From Candidatus Kuenenia stuttgartensis (lineage in GTDB: Bacteria; Planctomycetota; Brocadiia; Brocadiales; Brocadiaceae): 32,000 bases of DNA. How positions within the stretch are numbered: position 1 is the first letter of the stretch; every line of letters begins with the position of its first letter. The stretch spans positions 2,760,001 to 2,792,000 of the forward strand of contig NZ_LT934425.1 in NCBI RefSeq assembly GCF_900232105.1, given 5' to 3'. Both the position numbers and the translations under genes were made by a program. Below, piece after piece: positions 1-7,470 of the stretch. Under the pieces are notes generated by a model. It was not told where the DNA came from. It saw nothing but the letters and a program-made list of their open reading frames with translations, and searched no databases.

Positions 1-831
1 CCAGAAATTCACTCCTCCACCCTTGTAGGTGAGGAAATTATCGTTACCTGCCGCCTGCGTGTTATATTCATATCCAGTTTTAAATCTGATTACATTTTTA
101 TCAGGAATACCTTTCAGCACCACATTCACAGCGCCACCGGATGCATCGCCCTGTTGATCCGGTGTAAATGTTTTGCTTACCTGAATGCTTTCTATTACTT
201 CCGTAGGAAATTGGTCCAACTGTACGGCACGTTTATCCGGGTCCGCGGTAGGCAGCCGCACGCCGTTCATTTGTGAACTGACATATCTGTCCGGCAGCCC
301 TCGCACGACAGCAAATTTGCCGTCTTGCACCGTAGCGCCCGATACAAGACTCAATGCACTTGCCGCATCAGTCACTCCTGCCTGACGTAGCCATTCTGAA
401 CTAATGGAATCCAGAAGTGCCGGGCTTTCAGCACGAAGCTCCATAAGGCCCGCCTCTGTATCTCCTGTACGAATATCCTCAACAATAAACTCTTCCATAT
501 CCGTAAACTCTCCCGACAATGAAACTTCAACTTCCGTCATCTTCCCTGGAGAAACCACCACATTTGCCTGCACCTGACGGGTATAACCGCTTTTCGAAAA
601 GATAAGCGTATAGCTGCCTGGAGCTACATGGTCAAACAAATATATTCCTTCGTCTGTAGCAATTATCTTATCTCCCGTTTCTGCAATAGTAACCTGTACA
701 GTAGCCAATGGCGCATCAAACTCCTTGTCATACACAATCCCACGAATTGAGCCTTTCTGTTGAGCGAAAGCAACACCTGCAAATAATAATGACAAGATGA
801 TGCTTAAACAGCCACTCCGTTTATTCGTCAT
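1..831 (-). CDS. TonB-dependent receptor with N-terminal carboxypeptidase-regulatory-like domain and plug domain (partial, C-terminus beyond window start)
   Basis: Manual translation of minus strand from ATG at 831: MTNKRSGCLSIILSLLFAGVAFAQQKGSIRGIVYDKEFDAPLATVQVTIAETGDK...YLFDHVAPGSYTLIFSKSGY..., then plug-like ...GATVQDGKFAVVRGLPDRYVSSQMNGVRLPTADPDKRAVQLDQFPTEVIESIQVSKTFTPDQQGDASGGAVNV. Absent from the ORF track because it is open at the edge. Confidence 0.9.
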   Translation of the reverse strand, partial: MTNKRSGCLSIILSLLFAGVAFAQQKGSIRGIVYDKEFDAPLATVQVTIAETGDKIIATDEGIYLFDHVAPGSYTLIFSKSGYTRQVQANVVVSPGKMTEVEVSLSGEFTDMEEFIVEDIRTGDTEAGLMELRAESPALLDSISSEWLRQAGVTDAASALSLVSGATVQDGKFAVVRGLPDRYVSSQMNGVRLPTADPDKRAVQLDQFPTEVIESIQVSKTFTPDQQGDASGGAVNVVLKGIPDKNVIRFKTGYEYNTQAAGNDNFLTYKGGGVNFW

Positions 832-935
832 TTTTAAACAAATCTACCTTTTCTGCCAGAATTCAAACTAATCATTTTATAGGAGCATTCCTGATTTTTT
901 GTAACAGTTTAGATTTTTGGAAAAACAAAAATGCT

Positions 936-961
936 CGTTCCCAAGCTCCGGCTTGGGAACG
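936..961. repeat. Hairpin CGTTCCCAAGCTCCGGCTTGGGAACG
   Basis: Perfect 11-bp arms, 4-nt loop; identical copy at 17808-17833, variants at 1132-1157 and 19438-19463. Confidence 0.9.
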
Positions 962-1131
962 TAATTGCGTTGGGAGCTCTAGCTTCCATTTAGCAAGTAA
1001 GCGAAGCTTTGCGTATTATTCGGTTCAAAAGAGGTCTCCAAATATCTTGGGTAACATACTGAAAAGCCTCCAAGCTGACATCATGGGTTCATTCCCTTTT
1101 CCATTCGAAGCTGGAGCTTCTCAAACAATCC

Positions 1132-1157
1132 CGTTCCCAAATCGGAGCTTGGGAACG
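1132..1157. repeat. Hairpin variant CGTTCCCAAATCGGAGCTTGGGAACG
   Basis: Same repeat family as 936-961. Confidence 0.8.
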
Positions 1158-1306
1158 AGCGGTTTTTTTCATAGGACTAAAGTGTTACAATCTTTTGTAA
1201 AAAAACAAAATGTGTGAAGATATACAAAAAATCGGGAATGCACCCCATTTTATTTGCATAAGTACGTTTTATATTTATAGGGTTAAGAAATAATTTATTA
1301 TTTTAT

Positions 1307-2551
1307 TCACCAGGGATCGCCAAGTCCCTCTTTAATACCGCGTATTCTGCCCCACAATTCAACATCAGGCTCTACACCATGCAGCGCCATAGATAAACAG
1401 GCGGCAGATAAATCTTCTGCCCGTGGTCTGGAATTGGGATTTTCAACGCCTTCCTGAATCGCCATCGCATATATTTGAAGCGCTTCCTCTGTGTTACCCA
1501 TTGCCTGATACGCTTCGGCTAATGGCAGCAACGCTCCTGCCCGGTAGATAGTAATTATTTTTTCTTTCTGCAAATTATAAAAATTAAGGATATCGCCGGC
1601 ATCTGCCATTGCTTTTTGCCTGTCACCTGCCAAATAACGCAGCCTGGATACCCTGGACATAAGTGAAACATAATGTTCAGGCCGCCATTGTGCTGAATCA
1701 ATAATCGATTGCGTTTCATTTACCAATTCAAGCGTCTTCGGCTGGTCGGCATGGTCCAGCGCAAATCCTGCCAGTCCCATAAGTAGATCAATGCGCTTAA
1801 ATACCGGAAGTACTTCCCATGATGCTTTAAGCTTCTCTTCCGCCAGCATACGCCACCCCTTGTTTTCATAAAATCTGTTAAATAATTTAGCGCAAGCCTC
1901 CAATGCATTTACGATTGCGTCATAATTTCCAGATTCAATCCATGCATCCAGCGCATCCATTTGTTTCTCAAAATGATCTTCACTGGCAATCATCGCCCGA
2001 ACGCCAGCAACTTTTCCGGACGCAGCATTTTCTACTCCCGATGCATATTGTGCAGACTTCTCTGTTTCACCAAGCAGCAGGTAAGCATTAGCAATTTTCA
2101 CTTTTATATGTACTTTGCGCCATTCTTCGGCAGAGGAAGAGACCTGATCTGCAAGGTCAATGTACTGCATCGCTTCGTCAGTGTAACCATTTTTAGCGCA
2201 ATAAAATGCAACATCACCGTAACCGGAACCGCGGCGCCAGTTGTCAATATGTTCAATAAAACCAATAGCGAGGAAAGGCTGATTCAGCTCAAGACAAGCC
2301 GCCGCCGCTTTTTCCTGCATGCGCGACCTATCTTTAATATGTGGCTTAACAGGAATTGCTGACGACGTTTCAAACGCAAGGACAAGCAATTCTCTTTGGT
2401 AAGCAGCCAGGGGTTGGTCCTTTAGCGTCTCTACCAAAAGTGTTGTATGCTGTTCTGCAGCGTTGTCGGTATCGTACCTGCCGCAGCCCAACGTAAATGA
2501 GAATAGCAGGAAAACAATCCTTAAGAGGATATATCTTGATCGTATTGTCAT
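1307..2551 (-). CDS. TPR-like lipoprotein of unknown function
   Basis: ORF 414 aa; N-terminus MTIRSRYILLRIVFLLFSFTLGCGRYD has a lipobox-like LGC; helical repeats resembling TPRs (e.g. LLPLAEAYQAMGNTEEALQIYAMAIQEG). Confidence 0.75.
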   Translation of the reverse strand: MTIRSRYILLRIVFLLFSFTLGCGRYDTDNAAEQHTTLLVETLKDQPLAAYQRELLVLAFETSSAIPVKPHIKDRSRMQEKAAAACLELNQPFLAIGFIEHIDNWRRGSGYGDVAFYCAKNGYTDEAMQYIDLADQVSSSAEEWRKVHIKVKIANAYLLLGETEKSAQYASGVENAASGKVAGVRAMIASEDHFEKQMDALDAWIESGNYDAIVNALEACAKLFNRFYENKGWRMLAEEKLKASWEVLPVFKRIDLLMGLAGFALDHADQPKTLELVNETQSIIDSAQWRPEHYVSLMSRVSRLRYLAGDRQKAMADAGDILNFYNLQKEKIITIYRAGALLPLAEAYQAMGNTEEALQIYAMAIQEGVENPNSRPRAEDLSAACLSMALHGVEPDVELWGRIRGIKEGLGDPW

Positions 2552-2736
2552 TTTATATTAATGGTTTTAAGAAAAAGGGTTCGATGTCCGTTAGCCGGAC
2601 GTATATCCAGAAAAGTGCGGTAAATACCTTTGTCATTTGCGTCATTAGTTACTCGCCTTATGTAAAACAGGGGAAAACGGACAAAAATAATCTGTCAGCG
2701 CCTCCCATTCCTTATGCAACACGAACAACTCTGTGC

Positions 2737-2761
2737 GGGTTCAGGTTACAAACCTGAACCC
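2737..2761. repeat. Palindrome GGGTTCAGGTT-ACA-AACCTGAACCC
   Basis: Perfect 11-bp arms; related sequences near 6585, 6863, 7348, 22293 and 22454. Confidence 0.85.
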
Positions 2762-2792
2762 ACCACAGTATTTAATCCACAACCGTACTTGT

Positions 2793-4706
2793 TTATTTCT
2801 TCACCTTGACCTTCAGTTTTTCTTTCAGGCTGTCTGATTGAAAGGTAATCACCGCTTTACCTTTTTTCTTAGCAGTAACGGTAAATACAGCCTCACCGTT
2901 TTCATCTGTCTCTTCACTGTTTGACGATATACTTACACGTTTTTTACCTGCACGATTTAGCTTCGTTTTAACCGTATTGCCTTCTACGGCATTTCCGTCT
3001 TCGTCTGCCAACGTTATGGCCACATCAGCGCTATCACCCTTATTCAGGGTTAGGCTAGACGGCGATACCGTTATCGATTTTACCGGGTTTACGTCAGGAT
3101 TTTCGTCGTCATCGGAAACGATCATTCCGTATGCGTACGCAGCAGTCCAGCCCTGCATCCAATTATCATCCGCACTGAAAGCGCCGCGAAATTGAACAGG
3201 TGTGAAAAACCCGTCATTAGGTGCAGTACCCGCACTAACAAGGGCGTCATTAGCGGCACGTGGGTCTACAGATTTTACAGGAAGGACGCCTTTGCCTTCT
3301 GAGGAAGTAAAACTTGTACCACGGGTTAAGCTAACAATAGGCATATCCTTATCATCGGTACCGGTAACCACCACGTTGTTCTTTCCGGAATTACTGCCGC
3401 CGTTAGTTGTTACGCCGACTGTGTCAGCGTCCGTATATGCATCCGCATGAAGGTTCCTGAAGAACACACTGTCTGTAATTTCTGCAAGTTTACCTGACGT
3501 CTGGGCTGTATAAAGCTTACTGGCGTTATTGAAAGCAGCGGAAGGACATCCGCCACAATCATTCACAGTGGAAGTAACTGTGTAATCTGTCGTCCACGTA
3601 TTCTCCCATGACAATGTGCCGTTATATCCATAGCCATTAGCGCCGTCACCATCATCATTGTCGGCTTTTACAAGTTTTTCTCCCAGATCCATAAATATGC
3701 AGTTTCGAAACTGCACCCGGGCGTTGTCACGCCATGCGGTTCCATGGTCACCATCAAGTGGATTGCCAATAACTGTGGCATTATAAATTACGGATGTAGT
3801 AACTGGCTGAGCGTCAGAATCTTCAGCGCCATCCATTTCAAAACAGTTGTCGCCTACACCGGAACCTTGTTTTGCATCGACGCTGTAGCCCTGAACAACA
3901 AAAAGAAACTGTGCTTTACCGCGCCAGCCCTGGTCAACGTCAAAACTGTCGTCACCAACGTTCCAGATGCTGACGTATTTCAGATTAACCGTACCGCCCC
4001 AGATTTCAATACCATCATCCACATTGTTCATAATCTCAACATGATCGATATCGGTTTCACGCCCGATACCGCCCAGCGATAAACCGTTGAGCTCATTACC
4101 AAGGCCAATCACTCTCCCTGCATATCGTAAGGACAAATAGCTGATGGAACCGCTGTCATCATTGTCATCTGCGCCGCCATACAATGAGTAATTAGCATCC
4201 GTAAGGCCTTCCATTTGCGCCTCATTTAGCCCTGAAGGATCTTTAGTGTTACTACCCACCTGAAGACCTTTGGAGTGGGAAGCGGATATTACTCCTTCAC
4301 CCATAATAGTCAGATTCCCCCACTCATTTGCGCCTTCACGCCATGTGCCGGTTTTGGGGTCGCCGCCGCTGGGGTGGCTGGAATCTTTTTCCCATGTAGC
4401 CACATCGTCGGTAGAGGTCATTATTACCGGGTTGTCTTCTGTGCCGTTTACGAAGATTTTTGCGCCGCGTGCTACCGCCAGACTGCCTCCAGCGTCTGTA
4501 GTGCTGGCAATGACTGTCCCTGCCTCTATCGTAAGACTAGCGCCAGGCAAAACAAAGATTTGGCCTTCTAACCGGTATACGTTGTCAGCAGTCCATGTAG
4601 TAGAAGTATCAATATTTTTTGACACTTTTACTGTGGCGGCGCTGGCAGCACTTGTAAAGAAAAGTGTTGTCAACGCTGTCAATACGATCTTTCTCATATT
4701 CTTCAC
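2793..4706 (-). CDS. Secreted parallel beta-helix-type protein with C-terminal bacterial Ig-like (Big_1-like) domain
   Basis: ORF 637 aa; signal peptide MRKIVLTALTTLFFTSAASAA; beta-helix text such as PGASLTIEAGTVI, GTEDNPVIMTS, LSLRYAG, DHVEIMNNVDDGIEIWGG; C-terminus KSITVSPSSLTLNKGDSADVAITLADEDGNAVEGNTV. Confidence 0.75.
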   Translation of the reverse strand: MKNMRKIVLTALTTLFFTSAASAATVKVSKNIDTSTTWTADNVYRLEGQIFVLPGASLTIEAGTVIASTTDAGGSLAVARGAKIFVNGTEDNPVIMTSTDDVATWEKDSSHPSGGDPKTGTWREGANEWGNLTIMGEGVISASHSKGLQVGSNTKDPSGLNEAQMEGLTDANYSLYGGADDNDDSGSISYLSLRYAGRVIGLGNELNGLSLGGIGRETDIDHVEIMNNVDDGIEIWGGTVNLKYVSIWNVGDDSFDVDQGWRGKAQFLFVVQGYSVDAKQGSGVGDNCFEMDGAEDSDAQPVTTSVIYNATVIGNPLDGDHGTAWRDNARVQFRNCIFMDLGEKLVKADNDDGDGANGYGYNGTLSWENTWTTDYTVTSTVNDCGGCPSAAFNNASKLYTAQTSGKLAEITDSVFFRNLHADAYTDADTVGVTTNGGSNSGKNNVVVTGTDDKDMPIVSLTRGTSFTSSEGKGVLPVKSVDPRAANDALVSAGTAPNDGFFTPVQFRGAFSADDNWMQGWTAAYAYGMIVSDDDENPDVNPVKSITVSPSSLTLNKGDSADVAITLADEDGNAVEGNTVKTKLNRAGKKRVSISSNSEETDENGEAVFTVTAKKKGKAVITFQSDSLKEKLKVKVKK

Positions 4707-5120
4707 GATATATTTCTCCTTTAAATCATAGTTTTATTAATTACTGTTTAGCGCATCAGTATAGCTCCATTATTTTCATACGATTTTCTGTTTCATTCGT
4801 GCCTCCTTTCATTATTTTATTATTCGTTTTTGTTCATTTAATATTTAAGTCCACCGATGGCCTGATTTATTGAGCGCCAATCTGCATGAAGCGGATTGTG
4901 AGCATCACATACGTGAAAATGTAACTTTTATTTATTAAGAGAATATGAAGGATTTGTTAATTTTGTGTTAAGATTGAAAACGGGATGGATGGGATACAAT
5001 TACAAAAGGGGTAGCCGTGATTTACCCATCTGTGATTTGTTGTTTACATATTTCATAATAATGTAGCCATTTAAACAATCCGTACATTTGAATCTTTGTC
5101 GTACGGAGTTTTTACGAACG

Positions 5121-5262
5121 GGGGGCATTCCCGATTTTTTGTAACCGTTTATTGGGCCAGGACGACATAACGCTGACAGGGTTCAGAACCCTGTCAGCGT
5201 TAACACTACGGCAATATTTCATTAAAACATGGCGGAAGTCTCAAAAAATCAGGAATGCACCC
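5121..5262. mobile_element. MITE-like element, family alpha
   Basis: Ends GGGGGCATTCCCGATTTTTTG / CAAAAAATCAGGAATGCACCC; internal perfect palindrome 5169-5201; flanks TTACGAACG / TTATGAACG (8/9 match); reverse complement homologous along its length to 10629-10752. Confidence 0.75.
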
Positions 5263-5289
5263 TTATGAACGGGCACACTTCTTTAGTTG

Positions 5290-5533
5290 GTAACAATTTA
5301 GCTTTTTGAAAATCCAATATATAAAAAACAATATAACCCCGTTAGGGGTGGTCTGTTTGTAGCTCAATAAAATTCAATAGGGTAAATAGCTCCATAGGAG
5401 CGGCCTGTGTATGATTCATAGATAAACAGGCCGCTCCTGACGGAGCTAGTACCTCTTCATCCTTATCTTGCTACAAACAGTTCGCTCCTATGGAGCTTAT
5501 AGATAATACGTTTTTCGAAAACTAAATTGTTAC
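5290..5533. mobile_element. MITE-like element, family beta, with perfect 8-bp target duplication TTTAGTTG
   Basis: TIRs GTAACAATTTAG / CTAAATTGTTAC; TTTAGTTG at 5282-5289 and 5534-5541; internal inverted repeat GGAGCGGCCTGT...ACAGGCCGCTCC. Confidence 0.8.
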
Positions 5534-5595
5534 TTTAGTTGTTATTTTATTTCACCTTTACCTTGCTATACGTTATAACACGTGCCTTATTTTAT

Positions 5596-6162
5596 TTAAC
5601 TATAATGGGACATTAATTTTGTCTGCTTCTCTTCTATCTGACAGGTAAGCTTGTTAAGGCATTCAACCGCCCTATTGTGCCGCTTTGCAATGGCACTCAC
5701 CATGTCTTTCACAAATTCCGGAAGTTTTTCGAGTTCCATTTCCAGTGTTTTTGCCGCAGTCATTTTTGTTTCATGGTCTTGCAGTATCTGGAATAAAACA
5801 ACCAGCCGGCTGTAGATTTCAGCAATAATTGTGAGATTTTTATCCATTGCATACAGATTAGCCTGTACGTCCTTTGGTAATTCATGAAAAAACCTCATAA
5901 AGGAATCTCTTCCGATCATTTCCACCATAACGTCACCTTCTGCAACAACGGAAGTAGTTCTCCTTGGTTCTCCGAGAAAACCCGTTTCCCCAAAAATATC
6001 CCCTTTGTTTAATGTGCCGATAACCACTTGCCTTCCATCAACTTTTTTCATCATCCTTGCCTTCCCCTCCCTAAGCACAAAAGCAAAGTATGCCCATGTG
6101 TCCTCCTCCATAATAAATTCACCGTCTTTTACTTTCTCTATTCTTGAGTACATTTTTTCCAC
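5596..6162 (-). CDS. Cyclic nucleotide-binding domain (Crp/cNMP-like) protein
   Basis: ORF 188 aa with LREGKARMMKKVDGRQVVIGTLNKGDIFGETGFLGEPRRTTSVVAEGDVMVEMIGRDSF; no obvious C-terminal HTH. Confidence 0.8.
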   Translation of the reverse strand: MEKMYSRIEKVKDGEFIMEEDTWAYFAFVLREGKARMMKKVDGRQVVIGTLNKGDIFGETGFLGEPRRTTSVVAEGDVMVEMIGRDSFMRFFHELPKDVQANLYAMDKNLTIIAEIYSRLVVLFQILQDHETKMTAAKTLEMELEKLPEFVKDMVSAIAKRHNRAVECLNKLTCQIEEKQTKLMSHYS

Positions 6163-6495
6163 TATCTGCCTCCTTTCTGTTTTAATGTTTTTTAGCCATC
6201 ACGGTACAAAAATATATAAAGCGCTGGTTGTACATAACGATTTAGTTTTCTCAATATTTTTTCAATGCGGGATTATTCAAGTGTGCCTGGCATATATTTC
6301 CACAAAATGTTTTCCGTATTGCAAACTTTCGTTTGCCGGTTTGAGCTGACGAGTGGGATTTCGCAATTTATCAATCAACAATATAAGCAACGTACTATGT
6401 AATTTCTAAAAAGCATAGTACACGGTAAATATTAAGGGAGTATTAAGGAAATGTTAATATTGTATTAAACCGCAAGGGGATAATAAGCAGATTTT

Positions 6496-6581
6496 GTAAC
6501 GCTTTAGTTTTTTGAGAAATTCCAATAATAGCGGTGTTTGCAGCATAGTGTAGGGGCGAGGCATTTGCTATAAATGGTTCC
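6496..6581. mobile_element. Truncated copy of the family-beta element found at 10134-10284
   Basis: GTAACGCTTTAGTTTTTTGAGAAATTCCAATAATAGCGGTGTTTGCAGCATAGTGTAGGGGCGAGGCATTTGCTATAAAT aligns with GTAACACTTTAGTCTTTTGAAAAATTCCGATAATAGCGATGTTTGCCGCATAGTGCAGGGACGAAGCATTTGCTATAAAT. Confidence 0.65.
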
Positions 6582-6676
6582 AGGCGGGTTCAGGTTTGTA
6601 ACCTGAATCGATGCGTTTATGCGGATAATGGGGCCATGTACTGAGGTAAAACTCCAATGCCTAAATAACAAAATCC

Positions 6677-6783
6677 GTAACACTTTAGTCTTTTAGAAAA
6701 CTCCAACAACAATCATTTGTAGTGCGACGAGGTTAGTCGTACTACAAATGATTATTTCCAGTTTCAAAAGACTAAAGTGTTGC
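6677..6783. mobile_element. MITE-like element, family beta, 107 bp, 8-bp target duplication CAAAATCC
   Basis: Ends GTAACACTTTAGTCTTTT / AAAAGACTAAAGTGTTGC; CAAAATCC at 6669-6676 and 6784-6791; uninterrupted homologous site at 22375-22382. Confidence 0.85.
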
Positions 6784-7060
6784 CAAAATCCCTGTTTGGA
6801 ATTTTGAATTTATTTGTCATTTCCTCTGTCAATAGAAGGTGTGATTGAAAGTATAAAACGTTTGGTTCAGGTTACAAATCTGAACCCGTAGAGAGGTAGT
6901 ATAAAGAAATATAGAAAGGGAATATAGGGCCACACCTTGATTTATGATTATAGAGATAAAATTGCTATGCGCGTAACAAAGATTAAATAACTAATCAAGG
7001 TGTAGCTACAAATTAACCTGCAAATTAACCTGACAAAAGCAAAAGGGGACATTGTAGATA

Positions 7061-7225
7061 TTAGCCAGCCTTGTCACCTTTATATTTCCTGAAATTATTT
7101 ATAAGACTTGAAAATGAATCCGGTTTATATTTCTTGAAATCCTCCTCATCAACAAATACATAATCAAAGCGTGCTTTCTTTTGTGAAGCGTTGATATCTT
7201 CGCACCATTTTTTTAAACGAGCCAT
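7061..7225 (-). pseudogene. Remnant possibly of a helicase/type III restriction-like C-terminus
   Basis: Manual translation MARLKKWCEDINASQKKARFDYVFVDEEDFKKYKPDSFSSLINNFRKYKGDKAG*; resembles the tail of DEAD/DEAH type III restriction subunits, with no upstream helicase body. Confidence 0.4.
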
Positions 7226-7470
7226 TTTCAGGAGAACATCCGGGTCTTCAATTTAGTTTTTTGAAAAAAAATCGCAACTATTCAGGCACACGTGTAAATG
7301 AATGTAACCACAGATTTCACAGATTAAAAAAATCGTAAATTTCCGGCGAGTTCAGATTACAAACCTGAACCCGCGAATAAAAGTCTTCTCTATCAAGAAG
7401 GGATAAGGGGTGTGTTATAAATTACGCGGAATAGTTACAAAAAATCTACCTATAGTATTCGCAGTTCAAC

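Larger units (their letters stand above)
881..1245. mobile_element. Composite MITE-like element (family alpha ends) with 8-bp target duplication CATTTTAT
   Basis: Left end AGGAGCATTCCTGATTTTTTG, right end CAAAAAATCGGGAATGCACCC; flanked by CATTTTAT at 873-880 and 1246-1253; contains two GTTCCCAAGC hairpins. Confidence 0.7.
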
